Shown here: piece by piece, positions 49,488 to 59,110 of the stretch
How the letters are laid out: each line of letters starts with the position of its first letter
Position numbering within the stretch: the first letter of the stretch is position 1
Assembly (NCBI GenBank): GCA_963793305.1
Contig: CAWBZV010000003.1
Span: forward strand, 1,216,001 to 1,280,000
Direction of reading: 5' to 3'
Length of the DNA: 64,000 bases
DNA from: an uncultured Gemmatimonadales bacterium
Lineage (GTDB): Bacteria > Gemmatimonadota > Gemmatimonadetes > Gemmatimonadales > Gemmatimonadaceae
Position numbers and translations under genes: made by a program
Notes under the pieces: generated by a model
What the model was told of the DNA's origin: nothing
The model's database searches: none
What the model saw: the letters and a program-made list of their open reading frames with translations, nothing else

Positions 49488-52322
49488 ATGTTGTCGCACG
49501 CCCCCCGATTCGACGCCCAGGCGGCGGCACGGCTCGCCCGCGATCTCTACGGCCTATCGGGCACCGTGCAGTCGCTGACCAGCGAACGCGATCAGAACTT
49601 CCTGCTGGAGACGAGCGCCGGCGAGCGGGTCGTCCTCAAGATCGCGAATGCGCTCGAGGATCCGGCCATGCTCGACGCGCAGCAGCGGGCCATGACCCAC
49701 GTTGGCTCGACGCTCGACCTGGCGCCGCGAGTGATCCCGACCCGACAGGGCTCGACCCTCGGAACCGTCGACGGCCACCTCGTGTGGGCGGTGAGCCACC
49801 GGCCGGGCATCCCCCTCGGCCTCGTTCGCCGTCGGTCACCCGCGTTACTCGAAGCCCTCGGCGCCGAGATCGGCTCGCTCACCAGGGCATTTCGCGGGTT
49901 CGACCATCCGGCCTTGCACCGGGATTTCTACTGGGACCTCGCGCGCGGTCGTTCCCTCGTGGCCCTGTACCGGCCATTGCTCACTCCCGATGTCGGCGCC
50001 ACCGTCGACGTGCTGATGGATCGCTTCGATCGCGAGGCTGCGCCACTCTTGGCCGGGCTGCCCCGAAGCGCGATTCATGGCGATCTCAACGACTTCAACG
50101 TGCTCGTCGACGGCGACCGCGTCACCGGGTTCGTCGACTTTGGTGACATGGTCCATGGCTACACCGTCGGTGACCTCGCGATCGCCGCGGCGTACGCGAT
50201 GCTGGACAGCGCGGACCCGGTCGCCGTCGTCTCGCAGATGGCGCGCGGCTATCAGACGCAATGTCCCTTATCCGAGACAGAGCTCGCCGCATTGTTCCCG
50301 CTCGCGGTGTTGCGCCTCTGTACCTCCGCCTGCGTCGCCGCCCACCAGCAACGCGAGCGGCCCGACAATGCCTACCTCGGCGTGAGCCAGGCTGCGATCC
50401 GGGGTACACTCCCGCGTCTGGCCCGCATCCCGGTCCCAAATCGCAACTCGGCGCGCATCGTCTCCTGGCTCGCGACGCAATCGTTTGCGCCGGTGATGGA
50501 CCTCCCGTCGCGCGAGGTGCTCGATTTGAGCGTCGGCGGTTCCTCAATGGACGGAGTGCGCGCTGGCATCGGGCAATGGGACGAGCCGCGCCTCATCTAC
50601 ACGGCGCCATTCTTCGAAGGGCGAACCATCCATCTCGGCATCGATCTCTTCGCGCCACCAGGCACACCGGTGCACGCGCCGCTGCGCGGCAGCGTGCACG
50701 CCATGGCTGATAATGCGCAGCCCCAAGACTACGGCCCGGTCGTGATCTTGGCGCACCAGACCGACGAGGGCGTCCCATTTTTCACACTGTACGGGCACTT
50801 GAGCCGCGAGACCCTCGGGCGCCTCGAGGTGGGCCAGACGATGGAGCGCGGAGCGCTCATCGGCACCCTTGGCGCCACGGAGGAGAATGGCCAATGGCCA
50901 CCGCATCTTCATCTCCAACTCATCGTCGACCTGCTCGGCATGGGGACCGATTTCCCAGGTGTGGGAACGGCAGCCCAACGCGACGTGTGGCGAAATCTCT
51001 CGCCTGATCCGAGCGTACTCGCGGGCCTCCCGCCCTCGGCGCATGAGCCGGACAAGGCCGAGACGCTGTCGGCGCGCCAGCGACTCGTCGGCCACAACTT
51101 GAGCATCGCCTACGCCGACCCGCTCAAGATCGTCCGCGGTTACAAGCAATACCTTTACGACGACGTCGGCCGCCGATATCTCAATGCTTACAACAACGTC
51201 CCGCACGTCGGCCACGCCCATCCCCGCGTGGTGCGAGCGGCGGCCGAGCAGATGGCCGTGCTCAACACGAACACGCGCTACTTGAGCGACCGGCTGACCG
51301 AGTATGCCGAACGCTTGGTCTCAACGCTGCCGGCGCCGCTCCGCGTGTGCTACATCGTGAACTCGGCCAGCGAAGCCAACGAGCTCGCGCTGCGCCTCAC
51401 TCGCGCGCGCACGGGCCGGCGCGATATGATCGTGCTCGAGGCGGCGTATCACGGGAACACGACGTCGCTTATCGATTTGAGCCCGTACAAGCATCTGGGA
51501 CCCGGCGGGACCGGCACGCCGAGCTGGGTACACATCGCGCCGCTTCCCGACGACTATCGCGGACTATATCGGCGCGATGACCCCGAGTGCGGCCGTAAAT
51601 ACGCTCGGCATGTCGCCGAGCTAGCTGGGTCACATATCGCTGGATTCTTGGCCGAGACATGCCCGAGTGTCGGTGGCCAGATCATGTTGCCACCCAATTT
51701 CCTGAGCGCCGCATATCAGGCAGTGCGAGACTCGGGCGGCGTGTGCATCGCGGACGAAGTCCAAACGGGTCTGGGCCGGATGGGAACGCATTTCTGGGCG
51801 TTCGAGTCCCATGGCGTCGTCCCAGACATCGTTGTCATGGGCAAGCCGCTCGGCAACGGCCACCCGTTAGCCGCGGTCGTCACCACGCGCGAGATCGCCA
51901 ATGCGTTCGACAACGGCATGGAATATTTCTCGACGTTCGGCGGCAACACGGTGTCGTGTGCGGTCGGCTTAGCGGTGCTCGATGTCCTGAGGGATGAGCG
52001 ATTACAGGAACACGCGCTGCATGTCGGTGAGCACATGCTGCGTGCCCTGCGGCCATTCGTCGAGCGCTATCCACTCGTCGGCGATGTGCGCGGCTCCGGG
52101 CTATTTCTCGGCGTCGAGCTCGTGCGCGATCGCGAGACATTGGAGCCGGCGGCAGCCGAGGCGACGACGATCGTCAATCGCATGCGCGAGGACGGAGTCT
52201 TAGTGGGAACGGACGGACCCTATCACAACGTGATCAAGATCCGTCCGCCCATGCCCTTCGATCTGGCGGATGCCGATCGACTCGTCGAGACGCTCGATCG
52301 CATTTTCGCCGACGGAGTCTAG
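49488..52322 (+). CDS. Fusion of APH-type kinase, M23 peptidase-like domain and class III aminotransferase (hydroxylysine kinase/phospho-lyase-like)
   Basis: Kinase [22 protein letters not shown]23 HLGID, YGH, PHLHLQ; aminotransferase [29 protein letters not shown]. Confidence 0.9.
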   Translation: MLSHAPRFDAQAAARLARDLYGLSGTVQSLTSERDQNFLLETSAGERVVLKIANALEDPAMLDAQQRAMTHVGSTLDLAPRVIPTRQGSTLGTVDGHLVWAVSHRPGIPLGLVRRRSPALLEALGAEIGSLTRAFRGFDHPALHRDFYWDLARGRSLVALYRPLLTPDVGATVDVLMDRFDREAAPLLAGLPRSAIHGDLNDFNVLVDGDRVTGFVDFGDMVHGYTVGDLAIAAAYAMLDSADPVAVVSQMARGYQTQCPLSETELAALFPLAVLRLCTSACVAAHQQRERPDNAYLGVSQAAIRGTLPRLARIPVPNRNSARIVSWLATQSFAPVMDLPSREVLDLSVGGSSMDGVRAGIGQWDEPRLIYTAPFFEGRTIHLGIDLFAPPGTPVHAPLRGSVHAMADNAQPQDYGPVVILAHQTDEGVPFFTLYGHLSRETLGRLEVGQTMERGALIGTLGATEENGQWPPHLHLQLIVDLLGMGTDFPGVGTAAQRDVWRNLSPDPSVLAGLPPSAHEPDKAETLSARQRLVGHNLSIAYADPLKIVRGYKQYLYDDVGRRYLNAYNNVPHVGHAHPRVVRAAAEQMAVLNTNTRYLSDRLTEYAERLVSTLPAPLRVCYIVNSASEANELALRLTRARTGRRDMIVLEAAYHGNTTSLIDLSPYKHLGPGGTGTPSWVHIAPLPDDYRGLYRRDDPECGRKYARHVAELAGSHIAGFLAETCPSVGGQIMLPPNFLSAAYQAVRDSGGVCIADEVQTGLGRMGTHFWAFESHGVVPDIVVMGKPLGNGHPLAAVVTTREIANAFDNGMEYFSTFGGNTVSCAVGLAVLDVLRDERLQEHALHVGEHMLRALRPFVERYPLVGDVRGSGLFLGVELVRDRETLEPAAAEATTIVNRMREDGVLVGTDGPYHNVIKIRPPMPFDLADADRLVETLDRIFADGV

Positions 52323-53263
52323 ACCCCGATCGGCTTCGGAAGCTCTAGGAACCAGAGCCCAAAATCGTCTTCTGCCGCCGGTTTCCCCGCCATCACGGGG
52401 TTCATGCCATCCCAGACACCCGTCCAACTGGCTTTGGAGGAGGCGTGGATCAGGTACTTGCCGATGTTCTGCGATGGCTTGATCTCTACCGCGCAGGACA
52501 GCACGACGTGAAAGTCCGCTTTCTTGCCATCGAGCGTGTTCACGGCGTGGTCCCGGCAGACCTCGATCCCGAACGTGAATCCCCCGACCTCGCGGATGCC
52601 GCCTGAGCTGCCGGGCACATACGCGATCTCGGTCGGGCTGCGCCCATCGGTCTCGAAGAAGTCGCATTCTTTGTTGTACGGTGCGAATGCGAGTTGGCCA
52701 TTGAGGAACGCGTAGACGGTGTTATACGCCCGACAGGTGATCGGCGCGGCTTTCGTGTTGACGAGCCGCCACAGGGCGGGCTTGATCTTGGTTCCGCTGT
52801 CGTTCGCGAACCCGTACAAGCGCAGTTCGGTGGCTTGATCGGTCGGAGGCGTCTTGTTGAACTTCACGACGTTGAGCTCCGCCGCGATGAGGTTCTGGTG
52901 ATAGCGGGCCAGCGCTTCTTCGGTGTCGAGCGCCTCGCGCCAGAAGATCGATCCCGCGAAAATCAGAATCTTCGGGTACAGCTTGCTCAGATTTTTGAGT
53001 CCGGCGACGAGGAGATCCTTGTCCCGCGACGTCATGGCGTCGCGCTCGATCACCATGCGCTGTTCCACAAACGTGTACTCGGGAACCGCCACGATAGCCT
53101 CGAAGGCCTTCGTGGCATCGACGTGACCATTGCTCCGCCAGCTGGCGAGGTTGACCTGCATATTCTTGAGGAGGTTGCCGAGCACCCTCAACGGCTCACC
53201 GGCGTTGGTGCCGTACCGGAGATGCGACGGGTAACTCCATAGGTACACGGGTATGGTTGACAT
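52319..53263 (-). CDS. Divergent carbon-nitrogen hydrolase (nitrilase-fold) protein
   Basis: Candidate Glu-Lys-Cys triad in VAVPEYTF, YNKE and FGIEVCRDH, plus AGSI and YNT strands. TATCAT box 6 nt before the ATG. Confidence 0.65.
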   Translation of the reverse strand: MSTIPVYLWSYPSHLRYGTNAGEPLRVLGNLLKNMQVNLASWRSNGHVDATKAFEAIVAVPEYTFVEQRMVIERDAMTSRDKDLLVAGLKNLSKLYPKILIFAGSIFWREALDTEEALARYHQNLIAAELNVVKFNKTPPTDQATELRLYGFANDSGTKIKPALWRLVNTKAAPITCRAYNTVYAFLNGQLAFAPYNKECDFFETDGRSPTEIAYVPGSSGGIREVGGFTFGIEVCRDHAVNTLDGKKADFHVVLSCAVEIKPSQNIGKYLIHASSKASWTGVWDGMNPVMAGKPAAEDDFGLWFLELPKPIGV

Positions 53264-53307
53264 GGGGCTATGATAGCGACGCCCCTCACACCCCGATCAC
53301 CAACAAA

Positions 53308-54246
53308 TCATTTCTTGCGATTCTGGACGTAGCGCCAGCCGAAGCGCCCTTTAATGCACAGATTCCCGCGGGTGATCGACACGTCATAGGGCGACGTCAC
53401 CTTCACGATCTCGTTGTCCTGCACGTGGAGCGTCAGCGTGCATCCGACGCCGCAGTACGGACAGATCGTATCGGTCTGTTTCTGCTTGCCCTCATCCCAC
53501 GTCCCCGCGGCTCTCCTATCATGCTCACTGGAAAACATGAGTGCACCGGTGGGACACACGGCAATGCAATTCCCGCAGTACACACAGGCCGACTCGGGAA
53601 GTGGGATGGCGAACTCAGTCGAGATTCTCGCATCGAACCCACGACCGGCCACGGCAATCGCAAACGTGTTTTGATAATCTGTTCCGCACGCCTCCACGCA
53701 CTTATAGCACAGGATGCATTTGCTATAATCCCGCATGTAGAGATCGTTGTCGATCTTCTCGGGTTGGCGTAGGGCCGCGGCGTACGCCGGATCTGGTGGT
53801 GCGTGATGCCCCGCGTGTGCCGCATCGCGCGTCGTGCTGCTTGGAGCCGGTGGGCCGTAGCGCTCGGGGTGACAATCGTACTCGGCAATCCACCCGGCGA
53901 CGTCGGGTGTCGTCGAGAGATCGACCGACGAGGCCAGGAATTCGAGCACCATCTTCCGACTGTGTTTCACCCGGTCGGTATTGGTCTTGACGACCATGCC
54001 GTTCTCGGCCTTCCGCGAGCACGCGGGGACGAGGACGCGCGAGTTCTCGACCTCGACGACGCACACGCGGCACGCGTTCACCGGGTGCAGCGTCTCGAGG
54101 TAGCACAGTGTCGGCTGCCGCTTGCCGATCGATGCGGCGGCGTCCAAGATCGTTGTGCCCTCCGGCACCGCGACCGTCTCACCGTCGATGGTGAGCGACA
54201 CGGTCCGCCGGGCCGAGCGCAGGGCTACCAACCCAGAATCACTCAT
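53308..54246 (-). CDS. Formate dehydrogenase iron-sulfur subunit (2Fe-2S, 2x4Fe-4S and molybdopterin 4Fe-4S domain; NuoG/FdsA N-terminus-like)
   Basis: PTLCY...NACRVCVVE...PAC, CILCYKCVEAC, CVYCGNCIAVCP, and C-terminal TICPYCGVGC...GNLCIKGRFG. Confidence 0.92.
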   Translation of the reverse strand: MSDSGLVALRSARRTVSLTIDGETVAVPEGTTILDAAASIGKRQPTLCYLETLHPVNACRVCVVEVENSRVLVPACSRKAENGMVVKTNTDRVKHSRKMVLEFLASSVDLSTTPDVAGWIAEYDCHPERYGPPAPSSTTRDAAHAGHHAPPDPAYAAALRQPEKIDNDLYMRDYSKCILCYKCVEACGTDYQNTFAIAVAGRGFDARISTEFAIPLPESACVYCGNCIAVCPTGALMFSSEHDRRAAGTWDEGKQKQTDTICPYCGVGCTLTLHVQDNEIVKVTSPYDVSITRGNLCIKGRFGWRYVQNRKK

Positions 54247-56071
54247 ACAGTCGCAAGCGTTCGATGGCCGATTCGACCGCACTGTACGCCGTCTGTCCGA
54301 GACCGCAGATCGACGCGTCTTTCATCCCTTGTCCAATTTCGTCGAGCAACGCGATCTCGTCCGCGACGCCACCGCGCGTGCGGCGCGACGCGATCCGGTG
54401 CAGCGCTTCTTCTTGCCGCACGGTCCCGACGCGACACGGCACGCACTGGCCACACGACTCGTCACGGAAGAAGGCGGCGATGCGCAGCAAGAGGTCCGTC
54501 AGGTCGACGGTATCGTCGAACGCGACGATCACACCCGAGCCGAGCGTCGCCTTCGCGGCGCGCACGCCTTCGAACGTGAGCGGCATATCGAGCTCGTCGG
54601 GCCGTACGAACAGTCCCGCGGCGCCGCCGAGGAGCACGGTTTTGAGCTTGCCTTGCACGCCGCCGGCCAGGTCGAGCATCTGGCCGAGCGTGACGCCGAA
54701 CGGCACCTCATACACGCCGGGCTTGCCGACGGCCCCGGAAAGACAGAAGAGCTTCGACCCCGTCGACATTCCACCCGCGCCGATCGCGGCGAACGCCGGG
54801 CCGCCGTCGAGGATGATCCGCGGGATGTTGGCGAGCGTCTCGACGTTGTTGATGAGCGTCGGTTTCTTGAAGACGCCGGATTCGACGGGGAAGGGCGGTT
54901 TGTTTCTCGGCTCGCCGCGGTAGCCCTCGATCGAATTGAACACCGCGGTCTCTTCGCCGCAGATGTACGCCCCGCCGCCAATTCTCAGCTCCAGTTGCAG
55001 CTCACCCAGGAATCCGTGCGCGGCCGATTGCGCGATCGCATGCTCGAGGCGCGCGGCGGCGAGAGGATATTCGCCGCGGATGTAGATGTACCCTTGCTCA
55101 CACCCGGTCGCAAACGCGGCGATCGCCATCGCCTCGATGACCGCAAACGGGTCCTCTTCCATGATGACCCGATCCTTAAACGTTCCGGGCTCGGACTCGT
55201 CGGCATTGCAGATGAGATAGTGCGGCCGCACCCCTTGCTTGGCCACGGCCTCCCATTTCTTCCCGGTTGGGAATGCCGCGCCACCACGGCCCATGAGCTT
55301 CGAGTCGTTGACCTCGCGGATCACCCCCTCGGGCCCGATCTCGTGTGCTCTGCGCAACCCCTCGAATCCGCCAGCCGCCCGATACGCGTCGAGGCTCGTC
55401 GGATCGACCACACCCACTCGCGCGAGTAGCCGGAGCTCAAGCGATCCCTGCTGCGGGATGCGGGGATGCGCCCGCTGTGTTGCCGTGTCATCTCCCCGCA
55501 GCACTGCCTCGGCGTCGGCAGCGGTGACGTTGCCGAACAAGTGGGCGTGCGGCTGGCGACCGGCGACTTGCAGGAACGCCGCGGGTGCTTGATCACAGAG
55601 GCCGAGGCATGGGCTCCTGAGCCAGATCGTATCCGACCCGTTGACGGTCGTATGATCGCCGTTCGGTGCGTGATACGGCTCGCCGAGCGAATCGAGAACC
55701 GCCTTGGCGCCACGTGTGCGGCAGACAACATCGTCGCAGACGTGAAGGACCCGAGGCGGCCGAGGTTCCATCGAGAGCAGCGCGTAGAACGTCGCGACGC
55801 CGTACGCCTCGGCCGGCGGCACGCCGAGCCGCGTGCAGACGTACGTGAACGCGCCTTCGCTGATCCACCCCATGCGCGCCTGCACCGCCTCCAACGCCGG
55901 CAACAACCGATGCCGCTCGGCGCGCACCGCATGGCCGCCAATGGCGATGCGCCCGTCCCGCGCCGCCTCTCGCGTGCCACCGTCCCACCCCAATGTCGGA
56001 GCCCCCAGCACCGCGTCGACCGCTTCGCGTTCCTCGGCTGTCGCTTCCGCAGCCGACAGGTGCAGGTCCAT
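54239..56071 (-). CDS. NuoE-NuoF-like fused diaphorase subunit of an NAD-linked formate dehydrogenase
   Basis: YGVATFY, VCDDVVC, PCLGLC (NuoE-like); GRGGAAFPTG.KW, CNADESEPGTFKDR, YICGEET, ESCGQCVPCRVG, SICGLG (NuoF-like). Confidence 0.92.
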   Translation of the reverse strand: MDLHLSAAEATAEEREAVDAVLGAPTLGWDGGTREAARDGRIAIGGHAVRAERHRLLPALEAVQARMGWISEGAFTYVCTRLGVPPAEAYGVATFYALLSMEPRPPRVLHVCDDVVCRTRGAKAVLDSLGEPYHAPNGDHTTVNGSDTIWLRSPCLGLCDQAPAAFLQVAGRQPHAHLFGNVTAADAEAVLRGDDTATQRAHPRIPQQGSLELRLLARVGVVDPTSLDAYRAAGGFEGLRRAHEIGPEGVIREVNDSKLMGRGGAAFPTGKKWEAVAKQGVRPHYLICNADESEPGTFKDRVIMEEDPFAVIEAMAIAAFATGCEQGYIYIRGEYPLAAARLEHAIAQSAAHGFLGELQLELRIGGGAYICGEETAVFNSIEGYRGEPRNKPPFPVESGVFKKPTLINNVETLANIPRIILDGGPAFAAIGAGGMSTGSKLFCLSGAVGKPGVYEVPFGVTLGQMLDLAGGVQGKLKTVLLGGAAGLFVRPDELDMPLTFEGVRAAKATLGSGVIVAFDDTVDLTDLLLRIAAFFRDESCGQCVPCRVGTVRQEEALHRIASRRTRGGVADEIALLDEIGQGMKDASICGLGQTAYSAVESAIERLRLYE

Positions 56072-58020
56072 CAATCGTCTCCGTGCACGAGCTCAGCGCG
56101 TTGCCCGGCCTTGCTCGGCGCCACGCGGATCGGCTCGACCTGTACGGCGCATGCCTTGAACTCCGCGGTCCCGGACACCGGGTCGCTGACGTCGATCGTG
56201 AGTTGGTTCACCTTCACTTCGTCCTGGAAATGGAACGTCATGAAGACGAGTCCAGGCCGGAGCGCCGAATCGATGTGCGCCGGCGCGATCACGTTGCCGC
56301 GCCGCGACGACACCCGCACAGAGTCGCCCTCTTCGACATCCATTCGCGCCGCATCCTCGGGCGAGATATCCAGCGTCTCGGGGCGCCGGAGCGGTGAGCT
56401 ATAGCCGCCCGTCTGCACGCCGGTATTGTACGAGTCGAGCCGCCGGCCAGTCGTGAGCAAGAACGGGTAGTCGTCGTCCGGCATCTCGACCGGCGGATCA
56501 TTCAGTACAACGGTGAACGGCGCGGGCCGCCCACGCTTGATCGGATCTTCTTCCCACAGGCGGTCGTGCAGGAACTGACTCCCCGCGTGCGACTCGTCGG
56601 GGCACGGCCACTGCAGACCCTTGTGCTCCTCGAGGCGCTTGTACGACATCCCGCCGAACATGGCCGGCGCGACCACGCGCAGCTCGTTCCAGACTTCCTC
56701 GGCGGTCGGCTGGCCCCAGTCGACACCAAGGCGCTTGGCGATCTCCGAGATGATCCACATGTCATCCCGGGCGTTGCCGGGCGGTTCGAGCGCTTTGCGC
56801 ACGCGCTGCACACGGCGCTCGCTGTTCGTCACCGTGCCCTCGGACTCGCACCAGCTCGACGAGGCCGGGAAGACGACATCGGCCATCTGTGCGGTACGAG
56901 TCAAGAAGATGTCCTGGACCACCAAAATATCGAGGCCGCGCAGCATCGCTTCCGTATGATGCTGGTCGGCCTCGGATTGTGCGGGGTTCTCGCCAATGAC
57001 GTACAGGCCCTTCTGTCGGCCGTCCTTCATGGCCTCGAACATTTGCGTGAGCGTCCGGCCGAACTCGGGGCTCAAGTGTACGCCCCACTGCTTCTCGAAT
57101 CGCGCGCGGATCGCGTCGTCGTGCTGGTCTTGGAACCCCGGGAGGCGGTTAGGGATCGCGCCCATATCGCCGCCTCCCTGCACGTTATTCTGGCCTCTCA
57201 GTGGATTGAGACCCGAGCCGTATTTGCCCACATGGCCGGTAAGCAACGCGAGATTGATCAGGCTCAGAACATTGTCGACCGCGTTGTGGTGCTCCGTAAT
57301 GCCCAATGTCCAACAGATCATAGCTCGATCAGCCCGGGCATAGGCAAGCGCGGCTTCCTCTATGTACTTGCCGGGAACCCCGGTCGCTCGCTCCGCGAGC
57401 TCCAGCGTGTACGACTCGACCGACGCGCGGTAATTCTCGTAGTTCGTGGTGCCGCGAGCGATAAATGCTTCGTTCGTGAGGCCGGCGTGAATGATCACGC
57501 GGGCCATCGCGTTGGACAGAGCAATGTCAGAGCCGACGTTGATGCCGAGCCACATATCGCCCCACTGGGCCGTAGACGTGCGCCGGGGATCCACGACGTA
57601 CGCGCGCGCGCCGTTGTGGATGCCCTTCAAGACGTGATGGAAGAAGATCGGGTGATTTTCGCGGGCGTTCGCGCCCCACATGAAAATCACGTCGGTCTCC
57701 TCGGCCTCACGGTACGAGCTGGTCCCGCCGCCAGCCCCAAACGCTGTCGCCAGACCGGCGACGCTAGGAGCGTGTCACGTTCGGTTGCAGCTATCGATAT
57801 TGTGGGTGCCGAACACGACCCGGGCGAGCTTCTGCGCCAGGAAATTCATCTCGTTGCTCGCCTTCGAGCACGAGAAGATGCCCAGTGCGTCCCCCCCATG
57901 CGTGTCCTTCACCCGCCGGAACCCCGAGACCGCCCGGTCGAGCGCCTCTTCCCACGAGGCCACCCGCAGCGTATCTCCGTCTCTGACCATGGGTTCCGTC
58001 AATCGAACATATGGCGCCAT
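56071..58020 (-). CDS. Selenocysteine-containing Mo/W-bis-PGD formate dehydrogenase catalytic subunit (Sec at TGA 57775-57777)
   Basis: ORFs 57775..58044 and 56071..57690 are in the same frame and read NIDSCNRT-U-HAPSVAGL across the TGA, the position of the metal-ligating Cys/Sec. Also LRGQNNVQGGGDMG, VQDIFLT.TA, GTVTNSERRVQ and TAEFKACAV. ATG 58020 follows GGAGA. Confidence 0.93.
57742..57777 (-). promoter_or_regulatory. Bacterial SECIS element
   Basis: The mRNA reads UGA-CACGCUCCUAGC-GUCGCC-GGUCU-GGCGAC: a 6-bp stem starting 12 nt after the UGA, with a GGUCU loop like the E. coli fdhF SECIS. Confidence 0.85.
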
Positions 58021-58110
58021 ATGGTCTCCGAGTTCGCCCAACACTTAAGCTTGACGGCTGGGCGCGCCAGGGGCAAATCAAACCTACAGATCAGAACATA
58101 CGTCCGGTCT

Positions 58111-58782
58111 ATGTACTCGGCGGAATTCGAGGTTCTCGTAGCGGCCAATCGCGGCATTGTGTTCAGCACTGTGAGTCGAGCGCTGTTACATGAGCTGAGA
58201 ACGCCGACCCAAGCATTGGCGCTGGCTGGCGAGATGATCGCGCGGGACGGTGCGGTGCTGACCGGTCCCGTGCGCCAGGCGCTCGGAAGCCACGCGCGGC
58301 AGTTACGCCCGCTGCTGGACCTGGTATCACGAGCCCAGCAGCGCCCCACGGACAATGAGCCCGAACCGGTCGCCCTCCGCGACCTGGTGGAGCTGCTGCA
58401 GACCACACACCGCGGCCTGCCCGGCGCGGGCACGCTCGACGCGTCGAGCCTGGCGCGACCGGACCTGCCCGCGGTCAAAGCAAATGGCCTCGTCCTCTCG
58501 CATGTCGTCCTGAATCTCGTGCTCAACGCGTTCGAGGTGGACGCACAGACGATCAAACTCACGGCGGAGCCGCGCGGGACGACGGTCGACATCGCGATCG
58601 AAGACGATGGCCCGGGTATCGCACCGTCGATGCGTCATCGCTTGTTCGAACCGTTCGCAACTACCAAGCAGGCGCCAGTCGCGGGACTGGGCCTGGCGGT
58701 TGCGCGCTACCTCGTCACGCCGTGGGGCGGTACGCTCGTCCACCACGGCGCGGCATTCGTGCTCACGCTGGACGCTTGGTAG
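58111..58782 (+). CDS. Histidine kinase core (HisKA plus HATPase) with no sensor domain
   Basis: H-box LLHELRTP, N-box NLVLNA, DDGPG, FEPF and GLGL; only about 26 aa precede the His. Confidence 0.85.
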   Translation: MYSAEFEVLVAANRGIVFSTVSRALLHELRTPTQALALAGEMIARDGAVLTGPVRQALGSHARQLRPLLDLVSRAQQRPTDNEPEPVALRDLVELLQTTHRGLPGAGTLDASSLARPDLPAVKANGLVLSHVVLNLVLNAFEVDAQTIKLTAEPRGTTVDIAIEDDGPGIAPSMRHRLFEPFATTKQAPVAGLGLAVARYLVTPWGGTLVHHGAAFVLTLDAW

Positions 58783-59110
58783 CGAACAGCTGCTGCACAT
58801 AGGCGTCGCCATCTTCGAGCGTGTGGCGCAGCATACGCTGGTTGACCACGGCCTCGCCCGCGATGGCCACGCCCGCCGCGGCCCGCACGGTCAGCGGTCG
58901 CGCGCCGGCGAGCGCCGCCGACGTGCGGCTCACGACGTTGGAGCTGACGATGACCTCCGCGCTGTCGCCATGCTCGATCGCCTCGCGCTGACGCAGCAGC
59001 GCTTGCCGCAGGTCTTCCATGAGCCGTGGCTCGGCGTCATGATGCACCGCGCGCAGCGCATCCATCGTCGCCGCGTAGGCGCGCTGGATGGGCACGATCC
59101 CGACCGTCAT
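58763..59110 (-). CDS. FlgN-like flagellar export chaperone (shortened)
   Basis: Helical; LMEDLRQALLRQREAIEHGD and EAVVNQRMLRHTL resemble the FlgN N- and C-terminal patterns. Translationally coupled to fliA. Confidence 0.5.
   Translation of the reverse strand: MTVGIVPIQRAYAATMDALRAVHHDAEPRLMEDLRQALLRQREAIEHGDSAEVIVSSNVVSRTSAALAGARPLTVRAAAGVAIAGEAVVNQRMLRHTLEDGDAYVQQLFATKRPA

Noticed and set aside
56566..58110. Long N-terminal extension making the histidine kinase 738 aa
   Set aside because: It is the antisense of the formate dehydrogenase gene; kinase-like sequence starts at about ATG 58111.
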